Part shown: one piece after another, positions 32,235 to 45,042 of the stretch
Position numbering within the stretch: position 1 is the first letter of the stretch
Layout: each line of letters starts with the position of its first letter
NCBI GenBank assembly: GCA_020891255.1
Contig: BQFW01000012.1
Location: forward strand, 2,480,001-2,544,000
Direction of reading: 5' to 3'
DNA from: Entomortierella parvispora E1425
Lineage: Eukaryota > Fungi > Mortierellomycota
Length of the DNA: 64,000 bases
Program-made: the position numbers and the translations under genes
Notes under the pieces: generated by a model
Database searches by the model: none
Seen by the model: the letters and a program-made list of their open reading frames with translations, nothing else
Told to the model about the DNA's origin: nothing

Positions 32235-34605
32235 TTACTTGGTGAGTCTGGAGATGGCAAACACGGCAATGATCGTAAACGAGAGCGTCACCAAAGCGCC
32301 AGGAAGCAAAAGCTCCTCGGGAATAGAATCCAGCATCTTCTTGAATTCTGATGGTGCCTTCTTGGGTTCTTCAGGGGCAGCGACGGGCTTGGGCTGTTCG
32401 GCCACGACAGGTGCGGCTGATTCCTCAACCACAGGGGCGGGGGTGGGTTCTGGGACAGGGGCTGGGAGGACGGTGCTGGTAGCGATCTGGCTAGCTCCAG
32501 CAGGCTTGACAAACAACATGACACGGTTCTGTCCCTGCTTCTTGGCGATGGTGACCGCATCCGTAAGATCAGCATCCGAGGTCATCATCACATAGTCTTC
32601 CTCGTCATCCAGATAAGAGATGTTGAACTCGTTCAAAAGAGCACTCTGACTAGGGTCCGATTCTGGTCCAAGTGGTTCCTTCTCCAAAATAGTCTCACGC
32701 AAGCGCGCCAGGTCGGTATAATCGGCAGTGAAGCGATGGACGGTATTGGACGTGGGCGATTTGAACTTGAAAACAAACGTCGTGTTCTCCTCCTCGACTT
32801 GCTTGTGAATCAACTCGCTACGATCCTCAGCAACAACCGAAGCAGACTCGTTGGGGAAGATCTCTCCGGGGAAGGGCTGCATGGCCTGGTGGCTGTTGGG
32901 CGAGGCTGCCAAGGTGGGCGACATGATAGAAGAAGGCGCCATGGACTCGGAAACAACGGATCCTTCACCATCATCAGCCATGGCAGCAGAGTTCCAGAAG
33001 TGATTCCACATGGGTCCAGACTCTGAATCCTTGGTGTTCATAGAGTTGATTTGTTCCATGGTGGCGTAGGTCAGCTTCAAGACATCAACCACTCCGACGA
33101 TCTCCTTGTCCTCCTCCACAACGGGCAAGTTCAAGTAGTGACCATCGTGCATCTTGCGCAGAGCATCCATGATAGTCATGGTCGAGGGGGCAGTATCGGG
33201 ATGAGGGGTCATGACACGGACCACACTGCAGTTACCGGGCTCCAACTGAGCAGCAATAACACGCAGGACGATATCCTTGGAGGTAAAGATACCAGCAATA
33301 TCCACTCCGTTCTGATCCATGACCAAGACGGCGGTGACACGACGCTCCTTCATCAACTTGGCGGCATCCCGAACAGTTGCCTTCACAGTGACCTCTGCCG
33401 CGGGCGAGCCATCGAGAACAGAGCTCAAGTCGGGGCACATCATCTTTTCTCTCAAGGTTTCCATGTACTGAACCATAGCCATGTTTTGCATGCCACCCCA
33501 CTCCTTGTCCACGCCCTCCAATGCGTCGTACAACTTCTTGGACTGGCCATAAGCCCTCTCCATCTTTGAGAGCGATTCGTAGAGGCACTTTGTAATGTCC
33601 AACAAGCCCACAATCTCGGACTCCTCGTTTTGAACAGGCTAGAAAATATAAAATGAAAACTGTGTCAGCGCTCGGATGTCCTGTGATGGGGTTCAGGGGG
33701 AAAAGTATTGTTTACGGGATTATCCGAGTCCTGTGTCCGGAGCATACCAAGTGTCTAAAGCCCTTTTGAACCATGAGGTTCAGGGCATCCGTCGCACTGC
33801 GGTCCGTGGTGACGACCATGGGGTTGGGCGTCATAATGTCAGCAACGCGGGTGGAACGAGGATCGAGACCACTATAGTGACAAGAAGAAGAAGAAGAAGA
33901 AGAAAAAAAAAGAGGAATTCTCGGTCAGCTCTCTGCTTCCTCCTGGTCTGTGTGCTCTATCTGTCTGTCAGAAAAAGAAAAAAATGCGATCCTGGCGGGA
34001 TGAAGTTAAAAAAAAAGAGAGAGAGAGGAGCCAGTAACATACGCAGCAACGACACGGAAGGCGAGATCCTTGGCGGTAAAGATACCCGAGAGATGCTCCT
34101 CGTCGTTGATGACCAGGACACAGTCTGCACGCTTGGCGGCCATGTTCTGGGACGCCTCGGTGACGGTGATGGATTCTGAGACAGTCAGTGCCTGAGAGAC
34201 GCGCAGGGCAGAGACTGTGCCGGCCATCATCTTCTGGGTCTGCTTGGCCTTGCGGGAGGTATGGCGCTTCTTGGACAACTCCTGCTCGATCTTGCGGCGG
34301 ATGGCCTACAGGGACAAACGGACAAGGGGGGCAAAGGGGAAGGAAACAAGTCAGTCAAGTTCTGTAGGGGCTTCTTTGCTTCCTCTTCCCACATCAAGGA
34401 CTGCGTGCATGGGCATGTAGCGCGTGCGCGTGCGCGTGTGTGTGTTTCATGGGCGAACCTCATCCTTCTTGGACTGGCGATGGCGTGCAGACTCGCTGAA
34501 GCTGGACGAGACGTCGGACATTTGGTCGTTGACTCGGCTATTGACGAGACTTCCCGAGTAGGACTTGCCGGCCTGGGGAGGTCGGAGGGAACTGGCCATG
34601 GACAT
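32235..34605 (-). CDS. CBS-pair and PB1 domain protein with a C-terminal membrane anchor (Mug70-like, about 645 aa)
   Basis: Exons 34605-34459, 34305-34043, 33871-33748 and 33638-32235. Two CBS pairs (GIFTAKDLAFRVVA; GIFTSKDIVLRVIA; MTP.P; HLPV/NLPV), a PB1 acidic motif (ISYLDDEEDYVMMTSDADL) and a hydrophobic tail. Confidence 0.92.
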
Positions 34606-35300
34606 GATGAGAAGACTGGAGAATGAAGAATGTGCAGAGCGGAGAGAAGAGTGAGATGAGGAGGATTAGTTTTGAAGTGAATAAGTTATTCTCTTGACAG
34701 AGCAAAGAGAAGGGAAAGAGAAAAGAAGAGAAGGGAAGGGACGAAGGAAGGGACGAAGGAAGGGAGCGGGAAGAGCGTCTTTGTTGTTGTTGTTCGTTGG
34801 TTTTTTTTCTCTTTCTTTTTTGGTCACACGCAAAAAAAAAAAAAAAAAAAAAAAGGATGGGAAGATGGTTGCTCTGTCCGTGTGTATCTCTCTCTCTCTC
34901 TGTCGGTGTCTGTGTGCGCTGCCTGGCTGTTGTCGCACGCGCTCTCAGGCGGCTTGTCTTCCTAAAAGAATCGTTGTGTGGATGCCCATGGGTGCATGGG
35001 GCACGCATGCACGCACCTGTCTTTTCGCGAGGCCGAGGAACGAGAGGAAGAGAGGAGAGGAGAGGGTAAACAAGAAAAGAGAGAAGGAGAGGAGAGGGAT
35101 GGAGATGAAAGAGGACACGGGGGGAGCAGACAAAGAAAGAGTTTGAGTTGGTCTGTTGGTGGGGAGCAGGAACCTGTGCCTGGAATGAAGTCGAATAAAA
35201 AATAAAAAGCGTGTCTACGTCACTCCAGTTTTTTTTATTCTAAGGTTTTTTTATTCATAATGTTGTACAAATGGGATGCAGATGTGGTTCTTCTTGTTTT

Positions 35301-38072
35301 CTAGCACACAGGCACGCAGACTAATGAAAGATATGAAAGAAAACGATGTCAGTAAGTGCTCTTGTCCGTCAGCACTGTCACTCCAAAGAAAGAAAGAAAC
35401 TGCAAAACGAATCCTTACCAGAGAGTCCTCCTTGAGACGTTTCCTTGTACTTGGCCTGCATGTCGTTTCCAGTCTGACGCATCGTCTCAATAACCTGGTC
35501 CAACGTCACGCGGTGGTGGCCATCTCCGTTCAACGCCAGCTGAGCTGCGGTCACAGCCTTGACTGCTCCGAGGGCATTACGTTCGATACAGGGGATCTGA
35601 ACAAGACCATCAATGGGGTCGCAGGTCAATCCCAAGTTGTGCTCCATACCAATCTCGGCCGCGTTCTCAACCTGCTGAACAGTGCCACCCATCACAGCCG
35701 CAAATCCTGCGGATGCCATGGAGCAAGCGACTCCAACCTCACCCTGACAACCCATCTCGGCAGCAGAGATCGAAGCACCACGCTTGTAAAGCATACCAAT
35801 GGCAGAGGTGGTCAACAAGAACTCCATAATGTCCTGCTCAGGGTTGTCCGAAATGAATTCGAGGTAGTACTTGAGCACAGCAGGGATAACACCTGCAGCA
35901 CCGTTAGTGGGCGCAGTCACGACGCGTCCTCCTGCCGCGTTCTCCTCGTTCACTGCAATGGCGTACACACTCAAGTAATCCAAAGCAGGCAACATCAGAC
36001 GCTTGACCGAGCGCTTGGGCAACACCTTGTCGATTCCACGCTCCTGGCTGTTGTTTGTCAATCCATTGCTTCCTACGAGTCCGCTCTGGTTGCCAAACAT
36101 CTGGTTGTCCTTGTAGAGAGGAGTAGAGGTATAAAGACCCTTGAGCAACTTCTTGTACAGGCCAGGGGCACGACGGCGGACACGAAGGCGACCGGGCAAC
36201 ATCTCTTCGCTCGAAAGGCATCCGTTCTTGATGGCGTTGTCCATAGTGTTCCAAATGGCAAAAGTCTTCTCCCGGATCTCGGCTGCGGACCGCCAGCGGA
36301 GCTCGTTCTCGTACACAACCTGGGCAATGGTCATGTTCTCACGCTTGCACAACTCCAACAACTCTGTCGCGTTCGTGAAGGGAAGGGCGGCCGTGGCAAG
36401 ATCCTGGTTTCGGCGAGTCTGGGGAATGACCTTGTTGTTCTTGGTCTCCTTGTCCTGCTCTCCCTTGTAGAAGACGTTCTCTCCGTGGTTCAACTGAGTT
36501 CTCTCGTTCACAACGAAACCGCCTCCAATCGAAAAGTATTCGTTTGTGGCCAAGAGATCACCATTGTTGTCAAAAGCACAGAAGCGCATGCCGTTGGGAT
36601 GCTGGGGGAGCGACTCAAAGTAGTGGAAAACGAGGTCCTTGGCAGGGTCAAACGTGATCCTGTTGGTCGAGTCCAAGGTCAAGGCCTTGTGCTCATCGAT
36701 GGCCTTCAGGCGCGACTGAATAGTCGAGGTCTCGACAGTTTCGGGAGACTCTCCCTCCATGCCCATCAAGATCGAGTCTGGTGTACCATGTCCAATTCCG
36801 GTCAACGCAAGAGATCCAAAGAGATCAATACGAAGAGTAGCAACCTTTTTTTTTTTTTTTTAAAAAAAAAACAAAAGGAATTGCGACACGGAAGCGAAGT
36901 TGTGGTGTACAGGTGATTACCAAGGCCAATTGTGCGCAGGTTGAAAAGCAGCACGGCGAACAATGGTAAAATCAGCAAGTAGGCAACAAGCGATGGGACA
37001 AACGTTGGAAAGGGGGAAAGAAAAACAAAAAAAAGAAGTGTGAGTTGAATCACTCTTTTTTTTTCTCTTCTTTGGAATGGAATGGAAGGGGAGGACTGGT
37101 GAAGAAAACAATCAAACAAAACTTCATTTCCGTACCTTCTCGAGAACGTTGTGATCCTTCAAGTCTGTAACAAAGATCTTTGCGGCACGCATGGGGCCAA
37201 CAGTGTGACTAGAACAAGCGAGCAAGAGAAACAAGTTAGTGCCCGATGCAATGATGACCGTGCGAAAAAGCGCTGATCCAATCCCATCCCCTGTTCTTCT
37301 CACGCCTCATCTACGCTCTACTGCTCCTCTAGCGTTGGCTCATTTTTTGCTCCCAACAAATGAAAACAACAGCAAAAAGACTATCCTCCCATCGTCAACC
37401 GAACGTTGGTGCCTGACAGACACTTGGATCGCCTTGTAGCAGTCCATGTCATCGGCAGGTCAGAATAAACTCGACAACAGCTCCCCCTTCCATCTTTCCA
37501 AAAAGCCTGACTGTCAAGCACATGGTCGAATCTCTATCCTTCGGACGGATCATCCGCCGTCGGTGTCTGGGTCCGTGGGCTGGCTTTGGTGCTCTGATTT
37601 CTTGAGCAAAGAGAAGCACGCTGCGCCTCTGTCCCTGCTGTCAAACACATGCCCACTCTTTTTTTTTTTGTGCAATTGTTTGCCACCAACGTCCACTAGT
37701 TCATTCTTCTCCCCCTTCATAACAAGGCACATACCTGGAACTAGGACCAATACCAATAGAGAAGAGATCAAAGGTCGATACGACAGCGTGCTTGGTCTCC
37801 TCCTCAGGGGCGTCCTGGCGAGCATTCTCCTCAGGCGCAACAGGGTTAGGGACAGGCGTGGTCAACGATGGATCGTTGCATCGAGCCGAGGTCGAGAACT
37901 GTGAGCTCTGGACGGCCTTTGTGAGTGTGAGAAGACGAGGGGTGATGGCAGAAGAGGGGGATTGAGAGAGCCATGAACGCTTGACAACGTTGCTGGCAGC
38001 ACTGTGGTATTTGGTAGTCAAACGCTGGACCTGGCGGGGGACCAAGGAGCAAACTCGGGCAAAAGTCGACAT
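35301..38072 (-). CDS. sdaA: Iron-sulfur-dependent L-serine dehydratase (single-chain SdaA type) with a predicted mitochondrial presequence (about 618 aa)
   Basis: Exons 38072-37735, 37208-37136, 36844-35419 and 35320-35301. Motifs [78 protein letters not shown] and QIPCIERN are present. Confidence 0.95.
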
Positions 38073-38103
38073 GGCTGGGGTTTAGTGATGTGAATGAATG
38101 AAT

Positions 38104-38110
<7 letters not shown>

Positions 38111-38174
<64 letters not shown>
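38111..38174. repeat. (AG)32 microsatellite just upstream of the serine dehydratase ATG
   Basis: Perfect 64-nt run. It reads (CT)32 on the coding strand, about 40 nt before ATG 38072. Confidence 0.97.
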
Positions 38175-38176
<2 letters not shown>

Positions 38177-39743
38177 TGGGAGAATGGGATGCTGTGCGTG
38201 CAGGGTCAAAGGGGGGGAGTGTGTTGGGTATAAAAAAATGATGTATGCAAGGCGATTCTAACGGACAAAGGGGGTCGTTCGGGAAAAAGAGAGGGGAGGG
38301 GAGAGTGGGGAGGGGAGTATGGTTGCGGACAGGGTAAAGAAGAAAGAGAAAAGAAAGAAAGGGAAGAGAGAAAGAAAGCAGAATGAAGAAAACGAAGACA
38401 ACTTGAAGGAGAAAAAAAAAAGGTTCCCTCGTTTTTCATTGTCCGTGGAGAAGAAGAAAACGAATTCAACTTCCGTTGGGGGAGAGAGTGGACAGAAAAT
38501 AGAAAGAAAAAAAAAGTGGGCAACGAGCTGAGCAAGGGGCCGAAGGAAAGGGACCACTCGCAAACAGGCAAATTCATCCCGAGATTGGCCCTGTGGGCAG
38601 CAGAGCTCAGTGTCTGGTCCTTTTCTCCACACTCGCCGCACCTCGCGTCTTTGTTGGGTGGGACTCAGATTCGTAACGTCGTCCGTTTAGCCCTTTGTCC
38701 GCCCGTCTCGCGACTGTACCGGTTCTTGGGTACATCCCAGGACCAGGATGGCATTCAAAGAATCAGGAATGATCCTGTCCGTTGGGGCAAGATTTTTTCT
38801 TCTGGTGTTGGTAGAATAGCGGGGCCCTTTGCTGGAGGAATCACTTGTGAAAGAATACAGTAAAACGAAGAATCCAGCCGCGGACTTTGTCTCCGAAGAT
38901 CGGGTCTCAACTAAGTAGCATTCCTCCGAGAGGACCCACATGGAGACCCCTCTTTTTATGACGACAATTGTACATACACCTGGACACTAGTTCCCTCATT
39001 CCAGCCCAACCTGCCCTACTTGCGGCCCTATTCCTTTGGCTTTCTTGACTCGGGCGACTCTGTCCTAGCGGCAATGACACTGGCACAGGCTATTGGTACA
39101 CCAAAGTCTCATCTGCACGCACCTCCTTACGTTGAGGGACAGGCAGCGAGTTGGTTTAGCAGCGGGGAGAACAGGGTTCAATCCGCGCGCGTCCAACTGA
39201 CTGTCCAACTGAATTAAGCATTTTAATTTTTTTTTCAAAGTATCCGCCCAATGTTGGCACGGTGGAACGGGCACGGCAGAGCCCTTCTTTGGAAAACAAA
39301 ATGGCGTGCGACCGTGTCCCTTGACCTGGATTTTTTTCTCCTTCTTGTCTTTGCACTCCACAGGGACTCACCTTGGCAGTTTCCACTCTCTTTTCCTCTT
39401 TCTCTCTCTTTCAATGGCTACGCTCTTCTTACTTGAAGTGCCAGTCCAAAAGCTCTTTCCCACCGTCCACAGTTCGAGTTGGAAGCATTTGCGGTGGTGT
39501 TTATAAAAAGTATCTGTACCGTCTCATGCATTCTGAGCACGTCCACTGGTGACAACGTTCGATTTTTTTTTCTCGACGAAAAGAAAAGAAAAAGAACGTG
39601 CCTGCCCCTTAAGGATCGCGAGATGACCGAAGCATCGAACCCCTTAAAAAAAGTCAGCTTGTGTTTTCTTGCATGCTGGCTGAGTTTCTCGATTTCTTTC
39701 ATCATCCATCAACCCCCTGAATCTCAAGACAAGACAAATCATC

Positions 39744-40561
39744 ATGGACGCCTCCGCCGTTGCCAAGCAGTTCGTCGACTTCTACTACCAGACTTTCGAC
39801 TCTAACCGTCAGAACTTGCTCCCCCTCTACGTGAGTCACCTTTTTTTTACTCCCTCTGGCTTTTGGTCTTATCGCCTATTTGGTCTTGACAGGCAGCGCG
39901 TCATGGGGTCCAGGTGGCAGACAAAGACTGACTGACGCGAATCTTTCAGAGGAGACATGTGACGCAGTCAAGGACTGCCTGAGAAAACTTGGATGCGACG
40001 TGAAAAAACACGATGCATGCTGTAGGACCTGACATTAACTCTTTTTGAATCCTACCAATGTGGTGTAATTAGAGACCTACCTCCTATTTGAGCTTTGAGG
40101 GTACCCAGCACGCCGGTGCCAACGATATTGTCGAGAAGCTTGTCGTAAGTGCTTCACTCCTACCATTTCTGTGAAGTTGATCTGATGTATGATCTTAACG
40201 AGCCCACGGTTGTCCTCTTCATCATAGTCCTTGCCTTTCCAGTCGGTCGCCCACAGAGTCAGCACCAACGATGCTCAGCCCACCCCCTCGGGCGAGATTG
40301 TCATCAACGTTACTGGTCAGCTCTTGGTATGTTTTCTCTCTTTTTTTCTTTTCTCTCTCAGGACACCAGCACTGGATTCGATTTACATTCCATTCATGCA
40401 AGCGTTGCTAACATGGAATGTTCATATATATATTTTTTTTGCTTCTGCCGTAGATTGACGGAGAGTCCAACCCCCAGTTCTTCACCCAGACCTTCGTCTT
40501 GAAGAACGATGGCACCAACTTCTACGTCCAGAACGATATCTTCCGTTTGGTCTATGCTTAA
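39744..40561 (+). CDS. NTF2: Nuclear transport factor 2 (121 aa)
   Basis: Exons 39744-39830, 40073-40144, 40228-40326 and 40454-40561. Translation: AKQFVDFYYQTFD.NRQNL..LY, SFEG, IVEKL.SLPFQ, DAQP, VTGQL, FTQTF.L, FYVQNDIFRL. Confidence 0.96.
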
Positions 40562-41058
40562 ATGGTGGAAGCTCCCCCTTCTCCGACACTCCGTCGAATG
40601 ACTCTGGACTGACCACTTACCCCATAACGGATATCACCATTCATTCAAACAATTTTCGCTTGGACTGGATTCTTTGGACCTATTTTTTTTTCTTGGACAA
40701 AAACGCCCATCTTAATAAAGGATACAATTTTCATGATGGCAAAAAAAAAAAACTCTTCTGAATGGCCTTTTCGCAGTTAAGGCCAAGGACGTATGGATAC
40801 ATGGCATGGATACATGGATGAACGATTGTCAATTGCAGGGAACTCATTTTTTTCTCAAGATTCTCTTCAATCATACACTACAAAAATAACTAGAATATAA
40901 AAAAATGCAAACAGGGGAGATGGATGGATGTCAAAACTACATTCTTCCAAGCTATGGCCAGAAAAAGCGAGTAAAAAGACAAATGCGGTAAAATGCGGAT
41001 GAGGGGTAATAGATGGCGAGGGAGAGCTGACTGAGGGTGGGCAAAGAACGCAGAACGC

Positions 41059-42734
41059 TTAGATGTCCATCAACATGTCATCGTCAGCAGGCTCGGGCAA
41101 CATCTCGCCACGGGCCACACTGTTCATCAACTCGCGACGGATCTCGGGCGAGATACCCTCATGGGACTTGAAGCGCATCAAATCCAACAAGGCCTGCTTC
41201 TGATCGGGGGTGATATCGGATTTGTAACGCTGGGCAAAGATCAAAAAGGCCTGGTGCCAGAGAACGGGCATCGGCCGTGGGTCCATCTTGAATCTCAAGA
41301 AATGATCCACCAATCCATCAATGACCTTGTATGGCAACGCGTACTTCTTGTCGAGTAATACACGAATAAAGAGCGAGTTGGGTCCTAGAAACGGGAAACA
41401 AAACAATTGAAACTAGGTCAGCATTGCGCCACCAAACAAAAGAATATTGAAAGAAACAGAGAATATCAATCAAAAAAAGAATGGCTTACCAGTGTACTCC
41501 ATATCAGCCAAGCGGAGAAGAGCAGCAGCAGAGTGCAGGACAGGTATACTGACTTTGGTAATCACAGATCCGACAACAGCGGCCTCCTTGAGCGTGCAAG
41601 TACCGGATTCGCAGAGAGGGAACAAGATACCCTTGAAGAAAGCCTTGCTCTTGTACAATGACTTCTTCAAAGCCATGTACAAATGGTAGTTCAACTTCTT
41701 GTTCTCGGCAATATCATCCCTGATCTTGTCCAAAAGAACCAAGCTGAAGAATTTGTGTGCCTGCTTCTCCTTCAAGTTGGAAGTGAAAATCCTCGTTGCC
41801 TGATAAGTTGCGTGGACAGTCCAGTTCTCGGGAGCAGTGATGTACAAGATCTCCTCCCAGTTTTGCAAAGAGGGGATGATCTTGAAGGCCTTGGGCAACT
41901 TTCCGGATTTGTATCTCGACAACAGCAAACCGACCTTGGAGTAGACCTCCACGACCTTGGGGCTCAATCCCATGGGCATGGGACGGTTATCACCAGTCTC
42001 CTCATCATCTGCGTAGTCCATGACCGAATCCAAAGGTCCCTTCTTCTCCGATCCAGGAACAACGACGGCCTCACCACCAGCGGCAGCGGCAGCAGCGGCG
42101 TTGGCAGCATTCTGGGCGTTGATCTTCTCCATGATCAAATCAGCCAGGGTCTTCTTCTCCTTGGGGGCGGCGGGCATGAACTTGGCCAAGAGCTCAGCAT
42201 CTCTCTGGTCAATCTCAATCTCGTCAAAGGTGCCAAAGTCATCACCATCCTCTGCGCCGGAATCCTCCTCGTCACTGTCATCAATGGCGGGAATAAAGCT
42301 CTTGCTGACGGCTCCCTTGCTGGGTCCTGATGCCTTCTTGCCATAAGTCTGAGTCTCCTCCTCGTCATCGTCTGAAGAAAGTCCTCCACGATCCTCTCTG
42401 TTGATCTCATCCTGCTGCTCCTGTGCGATGGAAAGAATCTTTCTGGACAGCTTGGCATCGACAAAGTTCTAAAAGTCAAGAAAAAAAACACACCAGTCCA
42501 AGTCAATAAGACGTTTGATCGGCGACTGGCCCCTCCCAGCTCTGGTGTCCATGGTAAGCTTTATCATCCTCCACCTACAGCATCGGGCTTGTTCTTGCGC
42601 TCGTTTCTGGCGGCCTTGGCGCGAGGGACCTTGCCCTGGGGCAGAGGGTCGTTCTCCGAGCCAGCCATCAGCTGAACATGAAGAGGGTCGTGGCGAGTCT
42701 TTGAGCCGGGACGAGCAAGGGTATCCTTTCCCAT
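41059..42734 (-). CDS. ENP1: Bystin / Enp1 40S biogenesis factor (about 486 aa)
   Basis: Exons 42734-42579, 42468-41490 and 41384-41059. Motifs RHDPLHVQL, LSRKILSIAQEQQDE, LSRYKSGKLPKAFKIIP, KKLNYHLYMALKKSLYK and LPVLWHQ-like PMPVLWHQAFL. Confidence 0.96.
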
Positions 42735-43100
42735 AGTATGTATGTATGTAGTGTGTTGGGTGAGTGGTGAGTGAGGGGGTCGACAAATGGATGCGATGAG
42801 GAAGGGAGGGGAGGGGTGAATGTAGCCGACAGAACAGAGAGGGAGAAGGCTAATGGATGGAGGGGCGAAGGGAATGTCAATGAATGCAGGCAATGAACGA
42901 AACGTTGGACTGTTTGACCTTCGGTGCCTGCTCTGCTTGCTGGACTTGAACCAGCCTTGACAGACAAAAAAAAAAAAAAAGTTGTTTACACTGGCAATCT
43001 CAGCCACATTGTTCACGTGATTATTTTTGGAATTCGACATCCACTTTTTTTCTCTATTTTGGTGGGTTTCTATGGAGTGGGGAGAGGCTATAAACAGGTA

Positions 43101-45042
43101 TCATTGGAATGCAGAGCAACGGTCAATCTCTGCATCGGGTGCAGCAACAACGACCCAGCTGCGGATTGTGATATAAAGGGTAAAGACCATGGCGATGACT
43201 CCGATCACAAAGAGAAGGATGTCCAGCACCTTCTCCCTCATGGTCTTGGCGCACACCTTGTAGTGGAACAACGCAGGGAAGAGGAAGCACAGGGGCATGC
43301 AAGCAACACTTCCAACAAACGACACAAACTTGTCAAGGTTAGGTCCTATAGCATCGAAAAGTTGAAATGGTTAGATAAAGGCAGATCAATTGAAAGAAAG
43401 CTGTTGAACCAAATCCTTCAGATATTTACCTCCAACGCCAAAGGAGATGAGAGCACAGGCGCAGATCAACACGATGCGAAGGACATTCTTTTCCCACTTG
43501 ATCTTGATGTCATCATGTCCAGACTTTGTGCCAAAGAAAGCATGCTCGAGAATCTTGGAGGCGGGCGACAACATCAAGGGGACGGAAAGAATAATAGCCA
43601 AGGAGTACAAGATCTCTACCGTGATGGTCCAGCCAGACTTGATGGGGAGATTGAGGACCACAATCGTCTGGACATTGCTACCAAAGGCGGCATAGCACAA
43701 AGCACCAACACTAGCAAAGATCATGGCCACAACCGAGATGGTAATGGCAAGGACCTTGGGGAATTTTTCAGGCTCGGCCATAGATTCGGTAATGGGGATC
43801 ACTAGACCGATACCCTCGAAAGAGAAGACGGCCGTTCCAATAAAGAGTGCAAAGTCGTCACTGTTGAATAGTGCGATGTCGGGACCAGCACCGTTCACGG
43901 CAAGACTGTCAATGCTGAAGTACCAAAGGTAGACAATACCAAAGATAATGAAGAGGTTTGCCAACATACTGGGCAGGGACAGGATGGACATTCTTCGGAT
44001 CAGGACCAAGGGGATCAAGATGACGAGAGGAATAAGAATATAGTACTTCTGCTGGATACCGTTGAACGTGCACTTTGTAAACGTTTGTACCACCGCGTCA
44101 ATGTTTTGAGAGACAAAGATCAAGTAGGCACAGCAGAAACCAATCTGCGAGAGGGCCACACTCAAAAGGACTGCGAACCGCATGTATTTTCCAAAGAGAA
44201 CAAAACCAATATCCTGGAACGACTCTCTGACCACAAGTCGAACCTTGACGAGCATCAAGAATGCGATGCAGCAGACAACGGCGACCAATACGAGCAACAG
44301 GGAGGAGAAGAGAATGCCTGTGTTGGTTTAGAAGAAAGAAGGTTTGCATGAGTACAATGAACTCCTTTGTGCCATGGTCTCCAACTCTTTTTTTTTCTGC
44401 CCTTGTAGTAACACTCTTTCTAGTTTCGTAGGTCTTACCTCCGTTCATAAATGCCTTGGGCAAGAAAAGGACTCCTGTACCAACAAAGGCCTTTCCAAGC
44501 AGGAAGCTGGCTTTTAGAGGTGTAACAGTGCCACGAACTGGCTCCTCTTGAGATCCTTCTTCGGACGTGTAGTCCTCGAGAACTTTTTTGCTTGTAGCTG
44601 ATCCATGGGTGACTAACTTCTCATTCGAAGGCTCAATATGTGAAGGGAGCTTGGCAGAGTGCTTTGGTAACGTCGTGGTAGAAGATTTTGCTGTGGAAGA
44701 GGACGAGGAAGCACCTTTCTCGGCTAATGAGTCGTGATCCTCGACATCCGGCGTCATATGATGTACTCCACCATAGTTTTCAAACATGTTGGCATACTCG
44801 GAGTTCGTGCGGACAATCCATGAGACAGGACGAGAACTTGGCTTTGATGAAGGGCGGGAGCGTGAGTTGGCTCTTGATCCAGCTCTTGATCCAACTCTTG
44901 ATCCAACTCTTGACCCGGGATTGGAGCGGAGGGAGGAAGGCATGTGGGATTGGTTGATGGTAAGGTTGGTAGAGGGCAAGCGACCCCGCTCCTGATAGTC
45001 GTCTGTGGGGGGTTGCTGAGTATGATGCTCTGGAGTGCTCAT
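43101..45042 (-). CDS. AAAP-family (Avt3/Avt4-like) amino acid transporter (about 578 aa)
   Basis: Exons 45042-44439, 44317-43430 and 43345-43101. Motifs LLGKAFVGTGVLFLPKAFMNGG, SQIGFCCAYLIF, FIGTAVFSFEGIGLVIPI..SMAEPEKF and LDKFVSFVGSVACMPLCFLFPALFH. Confidence 0.93.

Noticed and set aside
35276-36916. 546-aa plus-strand ORF
   Set aside because: Antisense to the serine dehydratase main exon, with no independent coding signal.
39145-39195. tRNA-like signals: TGGTTTAGC, B-box-like GGTTCAATCC and a nearby CCA
   Set aside because: The A-to-B spacing is too short, the T-stem does not pair, and there is no cloverleaf.
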